A stretch of 64,000 bases of DNA from Myxococcales bacterium (GCA_047601445.1 JASGJH010000001.1:4288001-4352000); one strand, 5' to 3'. Positions 1 to 10,313 are shown, counted from the first letter of the stretch. The notes: a model not told the origin generated them from the letters alone. Numbers and translations are program-made.

Positions 1-331
1 TCGTGAGCGCGCCGCCGTCTGCATCGGCTAGCTGAGCTTGGGTCATGCAGACTCCCGATGGCACCCCGTCCATACAAACTTTGTAGCCATCCTTCCCGTC
101 GCTGGTCGTACACGCCTGCACCTCGAGGCTCGTGCCAGCGAGCGACATGCATGTTGCTTCGCCACCGTCGCCGTCTCCGTCTCCATCGCCGGGTGCATCT
201 CCATCCCCATTCCCGTTGATGGCCCCGGCCTGTTTGGGAGCGGGATCGTCGCCACAGGCAATGAGCCCTCCGCCGATGAGAGTGAGTGCCATGATGGAAA
301 GCTGAACCTTGCTAAGCACAGAACGCCGCAT
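1..331 (-). CDS. Cys-rich lipoprotein with Gly-Asp linker (3' end beyond window; not in ORF track)
   Basis: Manual translation from ATG at 331: MRRSVLSKVQLSIMALTLIGGGLIAC-GDDPAP...GDGDGDGDGG...CTTSDGKDGYKVCMDG...; lipobox LIAC; GGAG RBS upstream; frame open to window edge. Confidence 0.8.
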   Translation of the reverse strand, partial: MRRSVLSKVQLSIMALTLIGGGLIACGDDPAPKQAGAINGNGDGDAPGDGDGDGDGGEATCMSLAGTSLEVQACTTSDGKDGYKVCMDGVPSGVCMTQAQLADADGGALT

Positions 332-474
332 GTTTGACTCCAGGTTGTCGAGCGCTCGAGCGCCCGCTGTCATCGTGGACATAGCTAGGACTGGACGGCC
401 TCTTGCATGACGATGCCGACCAAGTGTCAATCCATGGCGACGAGGGGGAATCGCCAAGCCACACCGCACGAGCC

Positions 475-1695
475 TCAAAGGCATAGCTCGCCCGCGCAGA
501 AGCAGTTCCACACGTCTCCGTCGCTCGGATAGTAGAGTCCGAAGACGTTGCACATCTGATCGCGGCCCAACTCCCCGAAGCTAACCTGAGTGTCGGTTGG
601 GTTGTCGAACTCGCACTCGAAGCTGATGTAGTCGCCAGCCTTGACCGCCAGGTAGCCACTAGTGGCGCCCCATACCCCGGAATCGTCGAGGGGCGGGTTC
701 TGGATCCGGGGCGTGAACAAGGCGTTGCCGGGCAGGTCCCAGTCCCTGGTCTCGTAGACCTTCACCGGCGTGCCTCCTTCGGGCTCATGCCAGACGGTGA
801 AGCGGGTGCCGTTCTGGTGGAAGTGACCCGTGACCATGCCGATGTGCCGGTCACCCGGAACGAGACAACGTCCACGCGCGGTTTTCACGCCCTTGCTATT
901 CGGGGGAACGTTGATGGCGCCCTGAAACATGGTGATCATATCGACCTCGTTGACCACAGTCTCTCTGGGCGTGGCCTTCAAGTAGATCCAGGCTTCGCGC
1001 AGGATCTCGCGATCCGTGGTGTTCACGTAGTGCAGGTCCAGACGCAGCAAAGAGTTCGGCAGGACCTTTTGGCCCAAGCCATAGTCGGGGTCTCCGGGCA
1101 CGGCGGGCTGGGCCTCCGATGCAATGCCGTCGGTCGACAGATCGATCTGCGGGTCCTGGGAGCCGAGCAACCAGCGCGACCCTATCGCCTCGCCCTGATT
1201 GCACGGCGCTGGCTCGCCCTCCACCACGCCTTGAGGAAGTTCCGACGGCATGGTCACGATCAGGTGGTGGGAATAGGGGCGCATGCGGCCGCTGTAGCGC
1301 TTGAGGTAGACCGGCTCGGTGTTGGTCGTACGCACGTAGACGCAGTTCTCGGCCTCAGCAAAGGCGCCCAACGTGTACTTCTTGATCTCGGTGGGATCCT
1401 TGTAGTCCGCGGGGCCGTAGTGAAGCAGCAGGCCATCCTCGGAGCTTGCGGGCTGGCAAACCGCCAGGTCATCGCCTTCGTAGCCGGTCTTGACAGGGCA
1501 CAGGGGAGCGCCGTGCTGATCCGTGCAGCGCACCGCACCGTCCACACAGTCGCCGCCGTAGCGGCCAATGCCGTGCTGCTGGTTCGCCCCGTCCTGCTCA
1601 ACCTTGTCGCGCTCGCTGACCTCGCGTCCGTCTCCGCAGGCTGACGCCCCCAGAACGAAGCACAAGACGCTGCTCGACCTCCAAGCCTTGTCCAT
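475..1695 (-). CDS. Lipoprotein, copper type II ascorbate-dependent monooxygenase-like (PHM/DBH fold)
   Basis: Lipobox-like GASAC; CuH-like SHHL and DLHY, CuM-like GHFH and QMC; GGAG RBS before ATG 1695. Confidence 0.75.
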   Translation of the reverse strand: MDKAWRSSSVLCFVLGASACGDGREVSERDKVEQDGANQQHGIGRYGGDCVDGAVRCTDQHGAPLCPVKTGYEGDDLAVCQPASSEDGLLLHYGPADYKDPTEIKKYTLGAFAEAENCVYVRTTNTEPVYLKRYSGRMRPYSHHLIVTMPSELPQGVVEGEPAPCNQGEAIGSRWLLGSQDPQIDLSTDGIASEAQPAVPGDPDYGLGQKVLPNSLLRLDLHYVNTTDREILREAWIYLKATPRETVVNEVDMITMFQGAINVPPNSKGVKTARGRCLVPGDRHIGMVTGHFHQNGTRFTVWHEPEGGTPVKVYETRDWDLPGNALFTPRIQNPPLDDSGVWGATSGYLAVKAGDYISFECEFDNPTDTQVSFGELGRDQMCNVFGLYYPSDGDVWNCFCAGELCL

Positions 1696-1887
1696 GTCTT
1701 TCTCCACACTCGCAATATTCAAGTCGGAGGTGAGGGCCGTTCGTATGATGCAGTTGACGACAACGTCCGTACTGATCGCGCCAGCTCAATCCCTTCGAAA
1801 GCGCCGAGGTCGGCCCCTGCCCTGCCGTTCCGTGCCGTCACACGCGTGGTCTAACCGGACGGACACTCACTGCGACGAACGAAGACC

Positions 1888-2931
1888 TCAAAAGATTGGC
1901 GAGCACTCGACGCCGACCGACACGTTGTGAGCTTCGCCGCCGCGTAGAGTCACGCAAGCCTTCCCTTGCACCGAGACGGACTGCATGTCCTCTCCTACGA
2001 CCCAGCCATCGGGACCGTCGAGGGGCAGCGTGCCGTTGTCGAGCTGCACCCTGACATACTTTGGATCGTCGATCTTCTGGTCGAGCTCGAACTTGCAGCT
2101 CCGGGCGGCGCCCACGACTTCCTGAAACTGCGCCACCAACGCTTGCTGATCACCGATGTCGCGGTGCGCCTTGTCGCCCGTAGCACCCGCCACGGCCATG
2201 CGATCCAGCGCGTCCTTCTCGGCCTGGCCGGCGATGTGATAGCCAAGCACGTAGGTCTTCACGTCGTCTCTCGCCATCGCCGTGATCGTGCCGATGCATT
2301 CGGTCACCATGGCCTCGTCCACGCCCCCAGCGGCGCAGTTCGGCGCGCCATCCGTGATCAGCACGACATACTTGGGCGGGATGACCTGCCCCATGTCGAA
2401 GAGCTCGCCACCCATCGCGCCCTGAGCCGTCTTGAGCGCCGCGGCCGTAGGCGTATTGCCCCAAGGTGCCAGAGTCGTGAGGAGGTTCTTGATGGCGCCG
2501 GCGTTGTTGGCCTTGATAGGAACATCCACGGCGCTCGCGCTGCAGGTAAAGCCACCAGCATCGGGAAAGACCATCAGTCCGAATTCGATCTCTTTCTCGA
2601 ACTTTGCGGTGACCGTCTGCACGGCGCTCACGGCGGGCTCCCAGCCATTGCCGATCATGCTCAAGGAGCGGTCGAACACCACGAGTATCCGCGGTCGGAT
2701 CGGAGAACTGCTGACCGAGTATTCCGTGCAGACCGCCGAATTGTCATCATCCGTGTCACGGCTGTCATCACCTGACGACGTCGGACCTTCGTCGGCCGGG
2801 GTACCGTTGCGGTCGGGCGGGTCGTCGCCGTCGCCTCCGAGTGGGTCCTGGCCGAGCGTGGGAGAAGGCTCGCTGCCGCAAGCTGAGATGAGGGTGAGCA
2901 AAGCAGGCAAGAGCAAGAGCTGAATCCGCAT
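1888..2931 (-). CDS. von Willebrand factor A domain lipoprotein
   Basis: Lipobox ISAC; MIDAS DRSLS, TPT, LITDG; Cys-containing C-terminal domain typical of myxobacterial vWA lipoproteins. Confidence 0.85.
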   Translation of the reverse strand: MRIQLLLLPALLTLISACGSEPSPTLGQDPLGGDGDDPPDRNGTPADEGPTSSGDDSRDTDDDNSAVCTEYSVSSSPIRPRILVVFDRSLSMIGNGWEPAVSAVQTVTAKFEKEIEFGLMVFPDAGGFTCSASAVDVPIKANNAGAIKNLLTTLAPWGNTPTAAALKTAQGAMGGELFDMGQVIPPKYVVLITDGAPNCAAGGVDEAMVTECIGTITAMARDDVKTYVLGYHIAGQAEKDALDRMAVAGATGDKAHRDIGDQQALVAQFQEVVGAARSCKFELDQKIDDPKYVRVQLDNGTLPLDGPDGWVVGEDMQSVSVQGKACVTLRGGEAHNVSVGVECSPIF

Positions 2932-3062
2932 GAAGTCCTCCCAAGCAAGCGCGTCCCCGAGGAGGGCGCCAATTAAGTTTCACGTCAGTCGACCTCCGCG
3001 CGTCGCACGCTCTCCAGTGGGTATCGCGAGCGCAGGAATGACGGACGCCACTCATGATGCAC

Positions 3063-3123
3063 TTGGCGCCAGCCATGAAAGGCCCAGCAGATGTCTGGCG
3101 CCATTGGGCGCACTATTGGCGGC
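3063..3123 (+). promoter_or_regulatory. TGGCG direct repeats upstream of undB-like gene, candidate AraC binding sites
   Basis: TGGCG at 3064, 3096 and 3117 (32- and 21-bp spacing, about whole helical turns); AraC gene directly downstream of the target. Confidence 0.35.
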
Positions 3124-3180
3124 TGGTTGCGCGCAGTACCGAGACCGATCGGGTAATCGTTTGAGGAGCGGAGGAACCTC

Positions 3181-4275
3181 ATGCAGCGGTCCGAGCCCGA
3201 GCTCGAGCAAGCAGTTCGAAACTCCACGGCAGCTCGCCGTGAGATCCAGGCTATCGCCGACGCGGCGCGGGCCCGGCATGGCTGGCTCGCCCACCAGGAT
3301 ACGATTGGACTCACCATTTTCCTGGTGAGCACGGGAGCAGTGCTGGGCGGCGCGGCCGCCTACGCCTATGGCGTTTTGCCCGCGTGGCTAGCGGTGGTGT
3401 CTGCGGCCTTCTTCATGTCGCTCCTGCACGAGTTGGAGCACGATCTGATTCATCGTCTGTACTTCAAAGACCATCCAGTTCTCTACGCCACCATGATGGT
3501 CGGCGTCTGGCTGCTCCGGCCCAGCACCATCAATCCCTTCGTGCGTCGAGACTGGCATCTTCACCACCATCGCGTCTCGGGCACCGCAACCGATCTCGAA
3601 GAGCGCGCCCTGGCCAACGGCGAGCGATGGGGACCGCGCCGACTGTTCATGACCTTCGACAGCTTTCTCGCCTTTGCGCTACGCCCGCGCACTGCGCGCG
3701 AGATGCTGCTGGGGTACGCGTCCGCCCAGAAACCCAAGACGCACGAGGAGTACATGCGAATCCGCCTGCGGAACCTATTCTCGCCTTTTCCGCTCGGTCA
3801 CCTGCACTTCGGAATCTGGTATCTGTTTCTCTTCGTCCACGCCCTGGGCCTGCTCTCGCCCTCCCTGGCGGCGTCGCTCCCAGACGTCGTCCAGCGTTCG
3901 ATGTCTACCGTGGATTTCCTGGTCGTAGTCCTGGTGATCCCCAATGTGCTGCGCTCGTTCTGCTTGCACTTCGTCTCCTCGAACATCCACTACTACGAGG
4001 ACATCGAGTCGCGAAACATCGTGCAGCAAACGCAAGTATGGTGCTCGCCGTGGGTCATCCCGCTGCAGCTATTCTGCTTCAACTTCGGCTCGACCCACGC
4101 CATTCATCATTTCGTGGTGCAGGAGCCCTTCTACCTGCGTCAGTTGATCGCTGGCGAAGCGCACAAGGTGATGCGCGAGCACGGAGTTCGCTTCAATGAC
4201 TTCGGCACGCTCCTACGCGCGAATCGCTGGACGCGGGTGCACCAGGGCGCGAAACGCCCTCTGTTAGTGCCGTGA
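3181..4275 (+). CDS. undB: UndB-family membrane desaturase-like fatty acid decarboxylase (1-alkene forming)
   Basis: His boxes HELEHDLIH, HLHHH, HAIHH plus blocks I recall from Pseudomonas UndB: RPSTINP, VSGTxTDxEERA, LRxFCLHFVSSNxHYY, QQTQV, FCFNFGSTH, EPFYxRQL, GVRFNDFGT; GGAGG RBS. Confidence 0.8.
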   Translation: MQRSEPELEQAVRNSTAARREIQAIADAARARHGWLAHQDTIGLTIFLVSTGAVLGGAAAYAYGVLPAWLAVVSAAFFMSLLHELEHDLIHRLYFKDHPVLYATMMVGVWLLRPSTINPFVRRDWHLHHHRVSGTATDLEERALANGERWGPRRLFMTFDSFLAFALRPRTAREMLLGYASAQKPKTHEEYMRIRLRNLFSPFPLGHLHFGIWYLFLFVHALGLLSPSLAASLPDVVQRSMSTVDFLVVVLVIPNVLRSFCLHFVSSNIHYYEDIESRNIVQQTQVWCSPWVIPLQLFCFNFGSTHAIHHFVVQEPFYLRQLIAGEAHKVMREHGVRFNDFGTLLRANRWTRVHQGAKRPLLVP

Positions 4276-4365
4276 CAAAAGAGCGCCCGAGTCAGCCAAA
4301 GCATCAAGCGCGGTCAGCTCAGAGTCTTTGCAACAGTCGCGAAGCTGCACAATCATGAGCCGTGT

Positions 4366-5382
4366 ATGCGGGTGCGCCGAAGCGGATCGGTACTCTCCAG
4401 TTGGGCACGGATCGTCGTGGATGCTCTGGCTGCTCGCGGCCTTGACCCCGCGCCGGTGCTCAGCGCGGCAGGCTTCGCCGAAGACGCGTTCCGCGATCCG
4501 AACGCTCGCCACTCCATTGCTGTCACGGCTCGCCTCTGGCACCTGGCCGCTGCGCACGCGGGCGATCCGGCCTTCGGGTTGCAAGTCGCCAAGCATGCGC
4601 GCTTAACCTCCTTCCATGCTCTCGGATACGCCGTCATTGCCAGTGCCACGCTCGGCGAGGCTCTGGATCGCGCCGTCCGCTACTGCGAGCTCGTGGTCGA
4701 CGCAGGCACGCTCGAACTGGAGCACGTGGGCGAGGAGTCCATCCTGCGCATCATGACGAGGGCCGGCTACGAATCGGGTGGGATCGAGCTCCGCGACGCC
4801 CTCCTGTCGATGATCGTGCGCAGCATGCGCAAGCTGAGCGGCGGAGCGTTCGTACTTTCCAGGGTAGAAATTCGACGCCCACCCACCGCGAATCTGGCGG
4901 CTTATCAGCGATTTTTTGCCTGTCCGGTCACGCTCGCGGAGCACGACGCTCTGCATTTCGACCGAGCGCTGCTGTCCGCTCCCCTCGTCGCAGCGAACGC
5001 GGACTTGGCGCGATTCAATGAAGGAGCGGCTCGCGAGTATTTGCGGAGCATGTCGGCGCAAACGGTGGTCGACCGGGTGCGCGAGGCGATCATGGAGCGC
5101 CTTCCCAGCGATGTGTCCCCGGAGCTCATCGCACGCAAGCTCGGCATGAGCCTGCGTAGCATGCAGCGCAGCCTGCGCGAGCGGGAGACTAGCTACGAGG
5201 ACGTGCTGCGCGAGCTACGTCTAGAGCTGGCGCAGGCCCATCTGCGCGCCGGACGCTACTCGAACGCCGAGATCGCGTTTCTGCTCGGCTACGAGAGCCC
5301 GAGTGCGTTCTCCCGGGCGTTCCGCCGCTGGACTGGACGCTCGCCGTCTGAGTTTGCTCAACGCCGCCCGCCGCACAGCTGA
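4366..5382 (+). CDS. AraC-family transcriptional regulator (OruR/Arabinose_bd_2 type)
   Basis: GDPAFGL, HALGYAV..SATLGEAL N-terminal domain; HTH MSLRSMQRSL...IAFLLGYESPSAFSRAFRRWTG. Confidence 0.92.
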   Translation: MRVRRSGSVLSSWARIVVDALAARGLDPAPVLSAAGFAEDAFRDPNARHSIAVTARLWHLAAAHAGDPAFGLQVAKHARLTSFHALGYAVIASATLGEALDRAVRYCELVVDAGTLELEHVGEESILRIMTRAGYESGGIELRDALLSMIVRSMRKLSGGAFVLSRVEIRRPPTANLAAYQRFFACPVTLAEHDALHFDRALLSAPLVAANADLARFNEGAAREYLRSMSAQTVVDRVREAIMERLPSDVSPELIARKLGMSLRSMQRSLRERETSYEDVLRELRLELAQAHLRAGRYSNAEIAFLLGYESPSAFSRAFRRWTGRSPSEFAQRRPPHS

Positions 5383-5471
5383 ACGTCGTCGACAGTGCCG
5401 CAGACGAGGCCGTCCGCTTTTCTCTTGGCCGGCGCCTGCTGCGCCCGCGGCCGCCGTCGTTGAGCTCACCG

Positions 5472-6452
5472 CTAGTGCGTTTGCTCGCGCCGCAAGAACC
5501 GACCAGGGGTCTGGCCTGTCCATCGCTTGAATGCGCGATAGAACGCCGCGTTGCTGGAAAAGCCTAGCGACCGCGCGATTTCCGCGATCGCACGTCCTTC
5601 TCGTAGATATTGCTTGGCTCGATCAACTCGTGCGTTGTCGAGGGCTCGACGATACGAGAACCCTTCGAGGGCCAGGCGTCTTCGTAGCGTTCCGTGGGCC
5701 ACGCCCAGGTGGGTCCCCACGGACGCCAGGCTGGGCGAGGGCGACTGGAGCTTCTCGGCCTGTTCGAGGATCTGGCTTACCAGCAGGCCCGACGCCTTCG
5801 ATGCGCGAGCTTCCCTGCGCAGTCGGCTCGCCGCATGTCCCAGGGTCGCCGAGAGCTCTAGATCGGTGTGGGGCAGCGCGACGTCGAGCATCCCCCGTTC
5901 CAAGGCCAGCGCCTGCTTGCCGGCATAGAACTCCAACGGGCTCTGGAACGTGTCCATGTATTCCGAAGCGTAGCTCGGTGGAGGGTAAGCGAACGACAGC
6001 CGCGTGGGCGCTGCGGGAGCAACCTTGAGGTAGTCCTTGCGAATGCGCTCAACGAACGCGAACGTAAATTCGGTCCAAAAGCGCGTGGCCACGTTCGACT
6101 CCGATTGAACCCGGAGATGGAGCTCAGCACACTCCTCCTCTTCCGCCAACTTGACCGCCAGGCCTGTCGTGAGCAGCGGCACATTCCGCGCGAACGAGAG
6201 GAGTGCGCCGCGAACGCTGGCTGAGACCAGCATCACGTGTGCCACGACGTGCGTGGTGTAGAGCCGCGCGCGCGCACCGAGCCGTAAGCCAAGCCCTCCG
6301 CACCTTGATTGATTGACAAGCACCTCCAGAAACTCGTCGGCCTCCGGTCCGATCAGGTCACGCTCCAGGGCGAGCGGGGATGCGACGACCACGCCGAGTA
6401 TTCGCTGCGTCTCGGCCACAAGTGCCTGTGCGAACGAGCTCGAGACCCTCAT
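5472..6452 (-). CDS. AraC-family transcriptional regulator
   Basis: LGLRLG, FAYPPP, TLRRRL...IARSLGFSSNAAFYRAFKRWTG; start uncertain (6452 or 6500). Confidence 0.88.
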   Translation of the reverse strand: MRVSSSFAQALVAETQRILGVVVASPLALERDLIGPEADEFLEVLVNQSRCGGLGLRLGARARLYTTHVVAHVMLVSASVRGALLSFARNVPLLTTGLAVKLAEEEECAELHLRVQSESNVATRFWTEFTFAFVERIRKDYLKVAPAAPTRLSFAYPPPSYASEYMDTFQSPLEFYAGKQALALERGMLDVALPHTDLELSATLGHAASRLRREARASKASGLLVSQILEQAEKLQSPSPSLASVGTHLGVAHGTLRRRLALEGFSYRRALDNARVDRAKQYLREGRAIAEIARSLGFSSNAAFYRAFKRWTGQTPGRFLRREQTH

Positions 6453-6647
6453 ATTTGAGCATCCTAAGCCAAGGGCTTGGTAGTGGCACTGACCGACCAC
6501 GGAGACTGTGATTGACAGCGGCGATTACTCGGCGGGTTGCGCGGCACTCCATTCGAGCGCAGTAGCAGCGCGGTCACGAGGGAGTGTCTTGGCGGCAACT
6601 GCGACCACGAGGGAAGTATCGTAGGGTCGCGTCGCTCTCAAAGACTG

Positions 6648-6676
6648 TCGTGGCGAATGCTCTGTGTTCGCCACGA
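6648..6676. promoter_or_regulatory. Perfect 10-bp inverted repeat, candidate operator or leader hairpin
   Basis: TCGTGGCGAA-N9-TTCGCCACGA, about 30 bp upstream of ATG 6709, in the divergent AraC/lipoprotein intergenic region. Confidence 0.5.
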
Positions 6677-6708
6677 GCTTCTTCGTTGAGGGCCACTGGA
6701 GATGGACG

Positions 6709-9700
6709 ATGCTGCGTTCACGCCCTATTCGCATTCTTTTGCCCGCGCTGGTGCTTGGTGCCTGCGCCCAAGATCCTTGGACCTATCCGAGCCGCGAGTC
6801 CATGTCCGTGGGCAGCGAGGTTTTTCGAGTGTTCTGCAAGCGAGTGGCCAGCGCAGATCACCCCGAAGATCTTGAAGGCACCCAGTTCAACGCGGCATGT
6901 CTCGGGCAGGAGGAATTGGCGGATCCGTCGCCACACCTGGGCGCGCTGCTCGAGCGCAGGCCCAAGGTGGTGTCCACGGTCGACCGCATCCTCGGAGAGA
7001 GTACCGTCACTCAGCCGAAGTTCGTCAACACGCTCGAAACCGACGAGTTGCGAAACTTTCTGAAGGACATTATTCCCCTTTACGACGCCCCCGAGGAACG
7101 GCTTCCCAAGTCGACGCGCGTGCTGTCGGCCGTGGCCGAGCGCCTGATCGACGGGAAAGACAAGACTGGCCAGAAAGCGCTCACGGCGCTCTCGGAGATC
7201 ACCGGGCGCAGTGGCTACCGAAAGCTCGAACTGGCGTTAGGCCTGGTGCGCCCGCTTCTCGAGTATCCGGAGCTCGACACCTTCGCCGAGAATGGTCTGC
7301 GTGCGATCGCGAGGGGAGGCGTGGCCGAGAAATCGCTCGACGAGATCTCGCTCGGCCTGGCCGCGGAACTCGCTAACTATTCCCCGGATCCACCGGCCCC
7401 GGACTCCACGCTACTGGTGGCGCGTGACCTGCTGCTTTCGCCCATCCTTCAGAATGACCAGCCCGAGCGCGAGCCCATCTTCATCACCCGGCGCGACAAG
7501 CGTGGCGTTGCGCTTCCATTCGGGGCCCCGGAAGAGCTGAGGCTCCCGTTCGCGGACGACGATGGCGATGGCTTGGCCGACGTGGACAAGTTCGGTCGCT
7601 TCGTCACCCATGGTGAGCCCAAGATCATTCCGTCGCCCTACCCGATCGCCAGTGAGTCCAAGGTACAGCGCGACGCCTCGGGACACGCCCTCAACGTTTG
7701 GACCACCAGCACGGAGCTGTCGGAAGGCGACCCGCTCTACTCCTATTTCGACGCGCAACCCACCCTAATCGGCGCCCTGGTACGGGAGACATCGCGGCTT
7801 ACCGTGCCTGCCAAGGAAGGCGACCGAACTTCCTTGGAGAAGCTTGGGCGCGGCCTCCAGGTTCTCTTTGGGCTAAACAGCCCCCGCAAGAGCAAGTACG
7901 GCAAACTCGAACTGGAGTTCACCGGCCCGAACCCCGAATCGGGGGCCGCCTATGATCTGATCCACGCCGTGGGCGCCGCAGCTCGGGCCAACCCCGATGC
8001 GGTTCGTCGCTTCCTTCAGCTCTTCGCGCGCGCCATGCAGGAGCGCGAGCACGAGATGACCTCGTTCGTGGACATGGCGCTGCGTATCAACGATCGCGGC
8101 AAGATGCACGAGGAAGCCGTTCTGGTGGGCGACCAGGGCCCCGGTATGCCCCATCGCTTCTGGGATGACCTGATCGCGATCATCGTTCGCGCATCGAATC
8201 GACCGGGACTGATGGAGGGCTTGATCCGCTGGATCACGCTGCCCGAGACCCAGGCCGCTGGGCAGATCTTCGCCGATTGGATGCAGTACGCGGACCCGGC
8301 CAAATACAAGGGCGCGGACTTCACGCCATCGGAGGCGAACGGCACGTTCAAAGCGCCGGAGCAAGTGGACATGCTGAACGCCCAGGTCGAGGTGAATTAC
8401 AAGACCGAACCCGACCGCAGTCAGCCGAGCGTTGGCAAGAATCGCAGCGTGTGGCAGCAGACCATGTCGATGGTGCACAACTTGCGCCAACCCATCTGCA
8501 ACAAGGATGGGACGGTGCTCCACCTCGTGCTCAGCTGTGAGAGACAGCCCGTCGCCTGCGGGATCGGCGCGATTAGGGACTATCCCTGGTCGGGCTCCTA
8601 CAAGAAATGCGAGCTCTTCGAGATCCAACACATGGTCAGGATTTGGTCGCAGGCGATCCTCGGCAAAGCCGAGATCGTGCACAAGCCAGAGGACTTCAGA
8701 ACTGGAATCTACACCGTCTTTGGCGTGGACACCTTCGAGGTGCAGGAGCTGGAGAGCCAAATTACAGGATTCAACCAGCATCCGACACCCGGGTCCTTTG
8801 CGCGCTTCATCTACGCCCCGCCCAACCAGTTCATTCAGAAGATGAAGCCAGACGTGACGATCGATGGCGCCAAAGTCGAGGAGGTCGACCCCTACGCCCT
8901 CTTCGCCATGGAGGTAAAACACAAGAACGCGAACGGGATGAGTTTCCTCGAAGCGGGCAAGCCACTGGTAGAGCTGTTCGAGACCCACGAGCTCACGGCG
9001 CCCGGCAAGGATTCTACCGGCGTCGATGTACCCGGCGGCTCCCTCAAGGATGGCTACCTGTTGGCGGACCTATTGAACGTGTTTCACATGCACTGGGGCT
9101 CTCGAACCGAAGAGCCTTGCAACGGCGTTCCAGCATGCACCCAGCACACCGATCCGAAGGGCAAGTTCTTCTCCTACCAGACAGACATCCGCAGCTATGA
9201 ACCGCTGCTAGTCGAGATCTTGCGCGACGAGAAGTTGATCGAGGTACTCGCGGCGGCCACCAAGGCGCTCGATTCCATCAGCATCGAGGGGAAGAACGGA
9301 GTTCAGATCCTCACCGAGTTCGCCGAGACGATGGTGAAGCCTCAGAAGGACCTGACCTACCGCGACGGGACCATGAGCGCCAAGAACAACGTGGGCGAAG
9401 ACGTCGGGTACGTATCTCCGCTCTACCTGTTCCTCGACGGCCTGAAGCGGATGGACCAGAACTTCGCGGCCCCGGAGATGGCAGATCGTGTCGATGCCTG
9501 GCGCGAAGCGCGCAGCGAGATCGTCGATCTCTTTCTGACGGTCGAGGACCTTGATGGCAAGAAGCGCCTCAAGGATCGCATCGGCTGGTCCATCTTCATC
9601 AAGGCGCTGGGCTTCCTGCAGGACCGCATCAAGGTGCACCAGGACGCCAAGGACATAGACGAGTGGGCCGTGAGCCTCGCGCCACGTGCGGCCACGTTCT

Positions 9701-10308
9701 TCGATACCCCGCTGATTGCCGGCCTACTTCACCTGTTCGATCAATCCTGGGACGAGCCCGCCGCCGGACGCGAGCTCATGCGATTCATCACGTACGTGGT
9801 GGACGAGCAAAAGAACGCTGTTGGCTTCGAGACTACGTTGGTGGCGCTCGCGGACCTTCTGCAGCTGCTGGAGGACTCACCGCGCATTGCGCCACTACTC
9901 GACCTCGCCGCCGAGGCTGCCACGCCAGGGGTGTCTCAGTCGATCGAAGGCACAGGAGGAAAGGACTTCGACCCTGACAAGGGATTGCTGCGGAGCCTCG
10001 TCGAACTCACGAACACCTTGCTGAAGGTGCATACTCGACGCCCGAGTACCCTGCAGAGGGTGGCTCACAATCTGGTGGCTACCGATCGCGCCGAAGATCA
10101 GACCCCGCTCGAAGCCCTGATCGACTTTATCAGTGAAGTGGAGCGCGTCGATCCCACCAAGCCCAGCTCGGCTCCCCTCGATCGCGACGATCTCGAGACG
10201 GTGGCCAACTCACTCCATTCCTTCATGGCCGACGACGGCCATGGACTCGAGCGGCTCTACGACGTGATCCAGAACCGTGTGATTTCTCCATCCAAGGCCC
10301 AGGAATAG
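6709..10308 (+). CDS. Large (~1200 aa) uncharacterised myxobacterial lipoprotein, FadL-associated
   Basis: Lipobox LGAC; DDDGDGLADVD Ca-binding-like loop; mostly helical-looking; 5 bp gap to fadL-like gene. Confidence 0.8.
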   Translation: MLRSRPIRILLPALVLGACAQDPWTYPSRESMSVGSEVFRVFCKRVASADHPEDLEGTQFNAACLGQEELADPSPHLGALLERRPKVVSTVDRILGESTVTQPKFVNTLETDELRNFLKDIIPLYDAPEERLPKSTRVLSAVAERLIDGKDKTGQKALTALSEITGRSGYRKLELALGLVRPLLEYPELDTFAENGLRAIARGGVAEKSLDEISLGLAAELANYSPDPPAPDSTLLVARDLLLSPILQNDQPEREPIFITRRDKRGVALPFGAPEELRLPFADDDGDGLADVDKFGRFVTHGEPKIIPSPYPIASESKVQRDASGHALNVWTTSTELSEGDPLYSYFDAQPTLIGALVRETSRLTVPAKEGDRTSLEKLGRGLQVLFGLNSPRKSKYGKLELEFTGPNPESGAAYDLIHAVGAAARANPDAVRRFLQLFARAMQEREHEMTSFVDMALRINDRGKMHEEAVLVGDQGPGMPHRFWDDLIAIIVRASNRPGLMEGLIRWITLPETQAAGQIFADWMQYADPAKYKGADFTPSEANGTFKAPEQVDMLNAQVEVNYKTEPDRSQPSVGKNRSVWQQTMSMVHNLRQPICNKDGTVLHLVLSCERQPVACGIGAIRDYPWSGSYKKCELFEIQHMVRIWSQAILGKAEIVHKPEDFRTGIYTVFGVDTFEVQELESQITGFNQHPTPGSFARFIYAPPNQFIQKMKPDVTIDGAKVEEVDPYALFAMEVKHKNANGMSFLEAGKPLVELFETHELTAPGKDSTGVDVPGGSLKDGYLLADLLNVFHMHWGSRTEEPCNGVPACTQHTDPKGKFFSYQTDIRSYEPLLVEILRDEKLIEVLAAATKALDSISIEGKNGVQILTEFAETMVKPQKDLTYRDGTMSAKNNVGEDVGYVSPLYLFLDGLKRMDQNFAAPEMADRVDAWREARSEIVDLFLTVEDLDGKKRLKDRIGWSIFIKALGFLQDRIKVHQDAKDIDEWAVSLAPRAATFFDTPLIAGLLHLFDQSWDEPAAGRELMRFITYVVDEQKNAVGFETTLVALADLLQLLEDSPRIAPLLDLAAEAATPGVSQSIEGTGGKDFDPDKGLLRSLVELTNTLLKVHTRRPSTLQRVAHNLVATDRAEDQTPLEALIDFISEVERVDPTKPSSAPLDRDDLETVANSLHSFMADDGHGLERLYDVIQNRVISPSKAQE

Positions 10309-10313
10309 ACGTA

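Noticed and set aside
3117..3130. TGGC...TTGC as a sigma-54 promoter for undB (similar near-misses at about 405 and 51035)
   Set aside because: GG-to-GC spacing is 9 nt, not the required 10
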